NCBI GenBank assembly: GCA_002269645.1
Contig: NIVC01000135.1
Coordinates: 293,334 to 357,333, forward strand
DNA length: 64,000 bases
Reading direction: 5' to 3'
Origin: Macrostomum lignano
Lineage: Eukaryota
Part shown: positions 11,035-20,135 of the stretch, one piece after another
Numbering within the stretch: the first letter of the stretch is position 1
Layout of the letters: each line of letters starts with the position of its first letter
Translations under genes and position numbers: made by a program
Notes under the pieces: model-generated
Told to the model about the DNA's origin: nothing
Database searches by the model: none
What the model saw: only the letters and a program-made list of their open reading frames with translations

Positions 11035-12049
11035 ATGTCCCGCCGAGCTCTATCCAACCTCTGGGATAATAATCGCCCGACTGAAGAGTTAACCAGCCTC
11101 GACGGGGATATCCCTGAACACATAGTTCCCCTAGGCACTGAAAACAACGGAAGTGATAATTGGGAGGCTGATCAATATCTAGCTTGGGCTATGTCCTATG
11201 ATAGCGACACCGAGTCTGAAGTTTTTGACCTCCCGCTGCTGGCTATCGGCGGGGTTGTGAACGGTGCCCCTGCTGCTACTGCCTCCGATTTGACTACCGC
11301 CTCAGCCGCCCTCTTTGACGTCTCTGTTGAGGAGCTGACCACAACCGGCCCTGCCTCTGCTGCGCCCGTCTCTGCTGCTGCCGCCTCTACTACGCCCGTC
11401 TCTGCTGCTGCTTCAACTACCTCCCACCGGGCCTCAATATCATCAGCCGCTACGCTCCTTCTCTTCGACGACGAGGACGAGGATATGTCTGAGGAGATCG
11501 CCGTGGTTCGTGAGCGCTTTCCTCGCATTGTGGCCTCATTTTTCCGCGGGGACATTGACTGGCTGAGGTCTCGGCATCCTGGCGGGCTGCCCTCCCAAGC
11601 TACCTTTGTCAGAGCCTTTAATCGGGTTCTTGATACTTTGGTTGCGAGGGGTGCCGGCCTACGGGAGGTGTTGGAGGCTGAGACTCTGCACCAGGACTGG
11701 TTGATGGGGCGCAATTCGTATGCCCCCGACTCTGAGGCGTACCTGGCCGGTCCGGGAGCGCGGCCAACTGCGTGGGATGAGCCCGTCGCATGGCCCTCCA
11801 ACTGGGAGGAGCACCTTTCGTTGGTGCGCTATACAGCGTCTCTACGTCTGTGGCGGCTGGAGGACGATTTAGATTTGGTAAGATATTACATTATATACAC
11901 AACTCATCTAATCATATACCTTGCATATATTCTATCTACATTGACTGTTATAATTTCCACATTGCCAGTCATCCGACTACTGCTTCGAGAGCGTGGAGGA
12001 AGAGGCCGCGTACGAGACAGCCCTGAGGGAGCGTATGGAGATTGACTGA
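11035..12049 (+). CDS. Unknown acidic protein, probably 2 exons (11035-11877, 11969-12049; ~307 aa)
   Basis: Long ATG-initiated ORF preceded by TATATAA (10955-10961). An AT-rich segment 11878-11968 bounded by GTAAGA...CCAG splices in frame to give SSDYCFESVEEEAAYETALRERMEID-stop. The unspliced ORF ends at 12045. Confidence 0.6.
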
Positions 12050-12597
12050 TAAGGGTATTTCTCTTTGTACGCGGTTTGGGGAACCCAACACTGTACACTG
12101 GGTAGGTTAGAATGGGCGCTAGCTGGGGGCCTCTATGTGTGTATACACGGGGGTTAAAAGACCAATTCTGATAGCTCGCTCCTAGGGAGGAAATTGGCAG
12201 AGGGGCCGGCCCAAAAACTGAAATGGGCTGGCCCCGGGCTCGAGTCCACCCACCTAAAATATGGAGGGTCATTACAACCTAATGACTCGAAATACTTTCA
12301 ACGCAATTGTACCTATAAGAGGGTTAGGGCGGCGGTGGTGGCGAAAACGGGCGGCTAAAACCTCCCTTTTGGGATTTCCCCGAACCGCTTTTGTTTAATA
12401 TTTATGCACCTGCGGGTTAGACAATATTTACTATTTAGTCGGTGTGACATTATTTACGCGTCTGTTGCACCTGGGCGTTTGCCTATAATCTGATTATACA
12501 TGCGTGCCTGTATTATACAACTACACCTTATGCATGCCTTGTAAACCTGCTTTATACATTAATCCGATATGTATCGAAAGTACACTTTGTAAACCTG

Positions 12598-13263
12598 CTG
12601 TGTGTATTTCCACCTATGTAGCGCCTACAGTACCTGCTTTGTCTATTTCTGCCCATACACCTACATTGTGTGTTTTTGCTGCTCATATGCTCCAATATGT
12701 ACATTTTAATATGCAATATGCGTCATTATTCACCTACCAATATGTTTTATCTACATTTTTATGTAAATATACTCAATTTCACCTACTATAAGTAGTTTTC
12801 ACTAGCCTAATATCGTTGACTGCATATCGTACATATCGGGAGATTGGTAGAGTGTACACTCGGGGTGCCTGCGGCATGGGAGAGTGTACACTCGGGTGCC
12901 TGCAGCTTGGGAGAGTGTACACTCGGGGTGCTTGCAGCATGGGGCGCCTGCGGCATGGACGCCTGCTGCTCTGGAGGGAGGGTATACATATCGGGAGGGT
13001 GGGCATACATATCGGGGTACATGTCGGGAGGGTGGGCATGTCGGTAGGTGCGCCTGCGGCTGGGGAGGGTCGCCGGTGGCTCGGGAGGGTCGCCTGCGGC
13101 TGGACGGCGCTTGGCGCCACGCGCCTGCGGCGCGCGCGCGCCGAGCGCCGATATCGATACGGGTATCGATCACCTAGTGATCGGGGCGCCAGCCAATGAG
13201 AGGCGAGGAGGGTTGACACCCACCCCACCTCCAAAATCAACACATCTGCCAGTCCTTAGTAGT
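12598..13263 (-). repeat. Right terminal inverted repeat of the Polinton-like element
   Basis: Reverse complement of 3558-4229; ends CCTTAGTAGT followed by the TSD AGGGAT. Confidence 0.88.
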
Positions 13264-14464
13264 AGGGATGGATAGGGGGATTCTTTGGATCGGGGATTCT
13301 ATCGATGGGGGTTCTTTGGATAGGGATTCTCTGCATGTAAGATTCTATGGATGGGCAATTCTTCAGATAGGAGAATTCCTTGAATGGGGAATTCTTGGGA
13401 TCGGTGATTCTATCGATGGGAGGTTTTTTCGATGGCGGCTTCTTTGCATGTGAGATTCTTTGTATCGTGGATTTTATGGGTGGTGTATTCTTTGGATGGG
13501 GATTCTTTGTATGGGAGATTCAGTTGGGTGAAATTTTATTGCGTAGGAAAACTGTGGCTGGAGTTTGGACGGAAAGCCCCAACGGGAGTGTGAATTGGCT
13601 AGCTAAGGAAATTGCTTCACTAATCTTGCTGGGGGTACTTTCTATCAGGGGATGCTTGCTATCGGAAGGACGCTTGCTCTTGGGGGATGCTTGCTCGGAA
13701 GAGAATTTTAAGATGTCAAGATTTACAAGGGGAATTATTGAGATACATGTATAAAATCTTACCTTGGGGAATTAATGACATGTGAAGGCTTAAGAGGGAC
13801 TTGCTGAGATGTCAAGGCTTGTGGGGGAATCGCTGAGATGTCAAGGCTTGTGGAGGGAATTGCTGAGGTGTGAAGGCTTAAAAAGGAATTGCTGAGGTCT
13901 TAAGTCTCGGGGAGGGGAATCGCTAAGATGCCAAGGCTTTGGACGGGGAGAAATTGCTGAGATGCCAACACTTACTGGAGGAATTACTGAGATATCAAGG
14001 CTTACTGGGAGAATTACTGAGATATCAAGGCTTGGGGAGGGGAATTACTGAGATGTCAAGGCTTTGGACGGGGAGAAATTGGTATCATGTCAAGGCTTGC
14101 GCCGGAATTGCTTAGATGTCAATGCTTAGGGAAAATTTCTGAGGTGTCGAGGCTTGGGGAAATTGCTGAGATGTTAAGTCTTGGGGGAATTCTATGGATT
14201 GATGATTCTTTGGATGAGGGATGCTTCTAATGGATAAATTTTTGGGCAATTTCTTCGGTGGGGCATTGTTTCGATGGAGGGTTTTTTGAATGGGGGGTTC
14301 TTTAGATAAATGATTCTTTAGATGGGGGGTTATTTGAACGGGGGTTCTTTAGATGAGGGGATTCTGGATTCTTTGGCCAATTATTCTTTTGATGGGGGAT
14401 TATTTAAGGATGTGAATTCTTAGAGGGGGGATTTTTCAGAGAAGGAATTTTTTGGATATGGATG
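13264..14464. repeat. Continuation of the GGATTC / GCTGAGATGTCAAGGCTT compound satellite
   Basis: Same motifs as 2733-3557; lies between the Polinton-like element and the Gypsy element. Confidence 0.75.
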
Positions 14465-15364
14465 TGTTGTAACCCGGGTTGGCTTGGGTGCCCAGTCCCG
14501 AGTACAATATATATTATATGTGATATAACAGGCGTTGTGACGCTCTGTCTGTACTTTTATGAATACGACGAGCAGGCGTGGCGACGCTCTGCGATAATAA
14601 TTCGATCCCTCTGGTGTTGTGACACTCAGAGTTCACGCTGCGGCTCGAGGTGTGGTGACACTCTCGAGTGCTTCTATTCTCTATACCGTAGGGCGTACGC
14701 AATATATATGGTAAACGGTACCGTACTACAGAAGCTATATGGTCTCCCGGCGTTATGACGCTCTGGCAAGAATTCGGCCTAGCAAGCTTCCCGGAAAGAA
14801 AGGACTCAAACAGCAGGCGGCTTACCAGTGGCCAGATGACTGTTCACCGTTTATTATTCGCAGGTCTCAAGCGCAGTTTCCGACTTCTTCTTAATTCTCC
14901 AAGACTCTTCTCAATTAGGCTATTGTGTTTCTTTTATCCAAGTAGCTAATGTTGCTGTTTCTTTTATCAAAGTAGCTAATGTTGCTGTTTCTTTTATCAG
15001 GTCTCGCGCTTGCACTCTCGGAGCACACCAAAACACAAAAAGCACGCAGGTGGTGGGCAAGAGCCAGAGTCGCACCATAAATAGCACCCAAACCCTGGGG
15101 CAGACGGCCCCACCGGCTAAGCTCACCAAAACAAACCACGCCGGCCCAGCCAATCAAAACCCCGCCTAAGGGGGGAGGGGCTGCACCCGCGCCAAAGCTG
15201 GCCCGGCCGCAGCCAACCAGCCCTGAGCACGGGGCAGGGGCACGGCTGGGGAGGGGCACGCGCAAAGCCCGGCCGGCGGCCAAACCCTGCTACGCCCGCC
15301 AACCCCCCCAACCAGCCCCAAAGTGCAACGCGCCCTGCCAACTGACAAGGGCGCATGCACTACA
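14465..15364 (-). repeat. 3' LTR (900 bp)
   Basis: TGTTGTAACC...GCACTACA; I could find only about 3 substitutions versus 24333-25232. Confidence 0.95.
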
Positions 15365-15376
15365 CCCTCCCCTCCT
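15365..15376 (-). promoter_or_regulatory. Polypurine tract
   Basis: Plus-strand CCCTCCCCTCCT equals minus-strand AGGAGGGGAGGG, immediately adjoining the 3' LTR. Confidence 0.85.
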
Positions 15377-15594
15377 ACAAAAAAAAACAGGGCGGAGCTC
15401 GAACCACGGCGACTGGGATTCCAAATTTTTCAAATAACAAAGCAAAAAAATCAAAAACAACAAAAAAATTGGAAACAAACTAATGCAAAAGGGGAAAAAG
15501 AAAAATGGTTGCCGCAAAAGAAATATAAAAAAAATACTGGTTTTCTGCACGCAAGTTCGTCAGAGCAACCACGGGGCACGGAATAGGCTTTACA

Positions 15595-16842
15595 TCAAAG
15601 CTGGCGCCACAGAAAACCATCGCAGGTGGCCGGCAGGACGCGCAGATGGCCGGCAGGAAGTGCAGACGGCCGGCAGGGCACGCAGGTGGCCGGGCGGGAC
15701 GCGCAGGTGGCCGGCAGGACGCGCAAGTGGCCGGCAGGACGCGCAAGTGGCCGGCAGGAAGTGCAGATGGCCGGCAGGGCACGCCGGTGGCCGGGCGGGA
15801 CGCGCAGGTGGCCGGCAGGACGCGCAAGTGGCCGGCAGGACACGCAGGTGGCCGGCAGGGCACGCAGGTGGCCGGCAAGACGCGAAGGCGGCCGGGCGAG
15901 GCGCGCAGATGGCCGGCAGGACGCGCAAGTGGCCGCCGCAGAAGCCGGCAGGAAGCGCACTGGCGCCGCACAGCTGCTGAGCCATTCCCCCAGGAAGCTT
16001 GACCCCACTAGCATGCAAATAAACCCATACAGTACGAGCGTAACAACATACGTACAATTAAGCAGAAAATACGGTATGAATCGGAACTGGGCACCCCAGC
16101 GAACCCGAAGTCCAGGGAGACCGACGCAGCTTTTCAGGACCTCGAGCAGCCTGCCGGGCCGGCGCAAACCGAACAGCGGGATGAGCTCGTGACAGAGCTG
16201 TCGGACGAAACAATCAAAACTCTGCCTAGACCAGTAACGGCGGCCTGCTCTCTGACGCTTTACCGGAGCGATATCTCTGCGGATGAAGAACAACGCCTGC
16301 AGCAGGACCATTGACAGTGCGCTCCTCGGTTCTCGCTGCGAGTCTCGAAACAGCCGTCTCATAGCCGTGAGCACTGACACGATTCCGTCCGACTGTCCAG
16401 CCAAAATATGCTTCATCAAACGATGGCGGAGCTGACGCGCAGCTGCCGATAACGACAGCTTTTCATCATCCCATATTGCTCCCGACGCGCGATGTGAGAC
16501 AACCTCCTTGCTTTCCGGTACATCGATCTCCATAGCTTCTGACTCACTACTTCCGGAGGAGCCATCCGATGCCAGCAACTCGTCTTCTTCTTCTGTGTCG
16601 ATGCTACACTCATCCGACTCCTCGCTCTCATCGTCGTCCGAGATTAGAATGTAGCCATCCGCTTCGTAATCGTTCCTCTGTCCCTGTCTCCCCTGCCTGA
16701 GACCAGCTTCCTTGCGCTGAGCTTCTTCAACTTCTCGCCTTTGCTGTACTCCCTCTTCGATGTCCGCCGGCATTCTTACACCAGTAGGAGGTATGAACGT
16801 CATTGCGAAGGTTACAGCCTCGTCATACTGTAGTGTGAGCAT
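15595..16842 (-). CDS. Unknown accessory ORF in the Gypsy 3' region (up to 415 aa; the first ~265 aa look like real protein)
   Basis: ATG-initiated, same strand as gag-pol. It has a coiled/charged N-terminus, an acidic tract after YILISDDD and a helical basic domain. The C-terminal ~130 aa derive from a GC-rich GTGGCCGGCAGGACGCGCA repeat (15620-15945). Confidence 0.5.
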   Translation of the reverse strand: MLTLQYDEAVTFAMTFIPPTGVRMPADIEEGVQQRREVEEAQRKEAGLRQGRQGQRNDYEADGYILISDDDESEESDECSIDTEEEDELLASDGSSGSSESEAMEIDVPESKEVVSHRASGAIWDDEKLSLSAAARQLRHRLMKHILAGQSDGIVSVLTAMRRLFRDSQREPRSALSMVLLQALFFIRRDIAPVKRQRAGRRYWSRQSFDCFVRQLCHELIPLFGLRRPGRLLEVLKSCVGLPGLRVRWGAQFRFIPYFLLNCTYVVTLVLYGFICMLVGSSFLGEWLSSCAAPVRFLPASAAATCASCRPSARLARPPSRLAGHLRALPATCVSCRPLARPAGHLRVPPGHRRALPAICTSCRPLARPAGHLRVLPATCASRPATCVPCRPSALPAGHLRVLPATCDGFLWRQL

Positions 16843-18005
16843 CTTTGCGTGTAAATTGTCTGCATTAGTTTCTATATTGTTATTGAATTGTTATTTTGCT
16901 TTAGTTTAGTCATGCGTTTTTGGTGTACTTTTTCTTGTTAGTTAGAATCAATTTTGCGTAAACAGGTTAGAAATCAGACGCCATCTGTGACTCAGCGGAG
17001 GGTTGAGTTTTGTCTGCAAACCCCAGCTTTGCGCGGTCAGCCAATCAGAACCGGCCTGGACCCTGGCACGCGGCAAGTTTCAGTTCTACCCGGCGCCGCG
17101 GGCACAGTTCAATTCGGCTTAAGCAAGCGGCCGGCCAGACGACCACCACCCGGCTTGAGGGGGGTTTTGAGGGGTTGACTCTGGCTATATATGAAAGTGT
17201 GTTTTGGCAATCGGATCTCGCTTCTCTCTCCTTTCCCCGGTTTTGTCTTGTCCAGTTCCCGGCCGGTGGCCCGACTTTTCCTCCCCTTGTTGGTTCGCGC
17301 TTTGAGGCGTTTTGATTCATCACCCCCGGTCCATATCTTTGTTCCCGCCCAACCGCAGTAGTCTTGTGGCGTAACGTCTACGGCAAATTCCTGTCTGAAG
17401 TCGTCGCTATCAAGCGCGGTTAGACAGAGACTGTCGGATCTGATCAAGTACGCGGCCTCGACCCCGAGGGCCCCAGTGTTACACTGAAGGGCAGTGCCGA
17501 TAGAACTTAGTCGGTACTCCGTTGAACGGTCGGTTCGGCAGGGCTCTCGTTTGAGAGTAGGTTCTGGTTTAGGCCAGGGGTTAGGAGTCTTCTCCGTGGT
17601 CCTGTGTTCGGTGCCTTCTTCTTTTTCAGCTGAGATCCGCTTGCCAGTTGCGTAATTAATTTATTAGTTATTAATCGTTATTATCATCTGTGTCAATTTA
17701 TCTGCGCCGCGAATTGCATCTTGTAATTGAATCTTGTTGAATCTTGTAACTCAGCTAATCAAATTAAACCGTCAATCAAGTTAGTTATTCTGAAATAGGA
17801 TTATCACTCTCTAAATCTTTCGGTTTGTGTTTCCTCGTGTTCTTTATTTTCTTGTACTGTACCTGCGGCTATTGGAGAAGACTGGTAGAACTCGCCGACC
17901 GGCGATAGGCGATTAGGATTAATAGTTTTAAAATCTCCGAACGCTCCAAGTAGGTTTGTCTAGGGCCTAATTAATTGCTCACCGTGCATGCTATTATCTA
18001 ATTGC

Positions 18006-18236
18006 CTATTTATCACAATACGGGATTGATTTATCGCCCAACTGGTCGTACATCGCTCGGCGATATGGACACGATAGAATTCTACCAGCAGTCTCAATTT
18101 CTTGGAAACGGCGTCCTGCGAGTTCCTTGTCCGGGTGCTTGTCCGGGTGCCAGAAGAGCGCTAGCTGTCGATAGACTCGCCTGATCTCGGCACGTTCGGC
18201 TATGTGTCCGACTTGGAGGACAGCGTACAAATCCAT
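18006..18236 (-). CDS. Stand-alone J-domain (DnaJ/Hsp40-like) protein, 76 aa
   Basis: MDLYAVLQV...EIRRVYRQLALFWHPDKHPDKELAGRRFQEIETAGRILSCPYRRAMYD matches the J-domain consensus along its length, with an intact HPD motif. The ATG is directly preceded by the acceptor-like TTGCTTTGCAG. Confidence 0.85.
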   Translation of the reverse strand: MDLYAVLQVGHIAERAEIRRVYRQLALFWHPDKHPDKELAGRRFQEIETAGRILSCPYRRAMYDQLGDKSIPYCDK

Positions 18237-18650
18237 CTGCAAAGCAACGTACTCAAACCTGCGACACACTGTCCCTGACTCCAGATTTTACTCCTGCTCC
18301 CCTCTTGCCAGAGCGTCATCTCCTCGGACCGTGGCCCTGCATCGTAAAGTCCCAGCGCAAATTCGAGTTTTCACCGGATGCCAGTCCGAATACCCTCCAC
18401 CGATGCATAGATTTTGTAGGCAAAATTTGATTCTCGTCAAAACTTCGATGAAGATGCGATTAAAATGACTTAATGACGCATTAACGAATTTCTTGAATGA
18501 CGCATTGGCGAACTGCTCGTACTCATGATGAATGATGCATTGATGAAGTACTCGTATTTATGATGAATGACGCATTCGCGAAATATTTTTCTGGCTTTTA
18601 ACGATAATCGCATATGAAACTGATGAGACTTCACGATGACGAGTAACCCA

Positions 18651-20135
18651 TTAGAATGTCACTGGCTGGCCGTAGCGATCCGGCGGCCGTCGCAACCTTC
18701 CGGACCTTCGAGGCTCAGGTGCAGCTTCCACCGGGTTATGAGTAGGCTGCGGGTCGTCAACCAACTCCATCTGCTCTTCCAGCACCTCGGCGACTTCCTC
18801 GGCGTCCTGTGGCGGCATCAGTTGAGGCCGAGTCCAAGTCTCGCATTCCGCATCTGTCTCCGAGTCCGTCTCGTCGACCACCTCCGGCGGTGCCGCGGTC
18901 CTAACTGGTGTTTCCAGGGCGGCCGGTCGAGCGAACTTCCGGAGGTTGTTGAAGTGGACGAACTTCGACTTTTTACGATTTGACGGGTTTTCCACTTTGA
19001 AGAGCACCTCGGATCTTCTTTCGAGCACCTTCACTGGGCCGAGCCAGCTTACGTGAAACTTTGCGGCTTCGTCTGGTTTCAGGGCGGGGCTGTAGACGAA
19101 GACATGGTCACCCTCCTGAATATCGGATCCTCGGGTTCTTTTATCGTACTGGTCCTTCTGTCGCCGCTGATAAGTATTCAACTGCTGTCGAGCAGCGCGA
19201 TGAGCTGTCTGCAATTTGTCTTCTAGCTCCTTGACGAAATTTACATGCGAATCGACAGGCTGTGGCGGCTGGTCAGTCAAGTCTATCGGTAGGCGCATCT
19301 CCGTGCCATAGACCATGTAGTGGGGAGTATAACCCGTTGCTCGATGCACGCTTGATCGGTACGCCATTAACGCAGAGCTGACGAATTCTTCCCAGTCGTT
19401 TCGTCCTGAGTCCTCTAGGCAGCACTTGAGGATGGATTTTAAACTTTTATTGAAGTTTTCTACTTGTCCATTTCCGCTCGGATGATAAGCTGTTGTTCTG
19501 GACTTGCGGATCTCGAGTATCCTGCACATTTCGCGCATCACTTGCGATTCGAAGTTCCTTCCTTGGTCACTGTGCAAAGTACTCGGACATCCATGCTGGC
19601 TAATCCATCGATTGAAAAGCGCCCTTGCCACCGTCCTTGCCTTCTGGTTGCGAAGCGGGTACGCGTCAGGCCACTTCGTAAACGAATCTTGGACTGTCAG
19701 GAGATAAATGTTTCCAGCCTTACTCCGCGGTAGCGGCCCGACAATGTCCATCATGACGCAATCGAATGGTGCTGCGAATGTCAACGGTTGCAGGGGTGCT
19801 CGGTTTCGCTTGCCCGGCTTTGACTTGCAGCAGGTGGCACAACCGCGAATATATTCTTCAATGGCACGAGACAATCCTGGACGCCAGTAGCGCTGAAGCA
19901 CTTTAAATTTTGTCTTCGCAAAGCCCATGTGGCCACCTCCCACTCCCTCGTGTAGGGTTTTCAAGATACGATCCAATGCCTTTCGTGGCAGCACCATTTG
20001 ATACTCATCGCGCCTGTCTTTGTTTCTCACAAGGAGCACTTTCTCTTGCAGCACCAGGTCGTCTTTTCGAGTCCAGACGGCTCTAGCCAGTGGACTCCAA
20101 GCTGTCTCGCTTTTATCTGGACTGGGTTTGAGCCA
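18651..20135 (-). CDS. pol: Integrase part of Gypsy pol (separated from RT/RH by an apparent 1 nt frameshift near 20135)
   Basis: HHCC zinc finger (HEGVGGGH...CATC), catalytic MDIVGP, HSDQGRNFES and NGQVENFN, C-terminal RRSGRLRRPPDRY. The frame is open upstream to ~20135 (KPSPDKSETAWSPLARAVWTRKDDLV). Confidence 0.9.
   Translation of the reverse strand, partial: WLKPSPDKSETAWSPLARAVWTRKDDLVLQEKVLLVRNKDRRDEYQMVLPRKALDRILKTLHEGVGGGHMGFAKTKFKVLQRYWRPGLSRAIEEYIRGCATCCKSKPGKRNRAPLQPLTFAAPFDCVMMDIVGPLPRSKAGNIYLLTVQDSFTKWPDAYPLRNQKARTVARALFNRWISQHGCPSTLHSDQGRNFESQVMREMCRILEIRKSRTTAYHPSGNGQVENFNKSLKSILKCCLEDSGRNDWEEFVSSALMAYRSSVHRATGYTPHYMVYGTEMRLPIDLTDQPPQPVDSHVNFVKELEDKLQTAHRAARQQLNTYQRRQKDQYDKRTRGSDIQEGDHVFVYSPALKPDEAAKFHVSWLGPVKVLERRSEVLFKVENPSNRKKSKFVHFNNLRKFARPAALETPVRTAAPPEVVDETDSETDAECETWTRPQLMPPQDAEEVAEVLEEQMELVDDPQPTHNPVEAAPEPRRSGRLRRPPDRYGQPVTF

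Larger units (their letters stand above)
3558..13263. mobile_element. Compact Polinton/Maverick-like element (pPolB + 2 ORFs; no integrase or capsid seen)
   Basis: Termini ACTACTAAGG (3558) and CCTTAGTAGT (ends 13263) are inverted copies; 6 bp direct repeat AGGGAT at 3552-3557 and 13264-13269; ~670 bp TIRs; internal protein-primed PolB. A 6 bp TSD, long TIRs and pPolB are the established Polinton hallmarks. Confidence 0.88.

Noticed and set aside
14462-15356. Short ORFs inside the LTRs (duplicated at 24382-25228)
   Set aside because: No recognisable motifs; their duplication simply reflects LTR identity.
15595-16842. ORF as a retroviral env gene
   Set aside because: No signal peptide, furin site or fusion-protein pattern; the N-terminus is acidic and looks nuclear.
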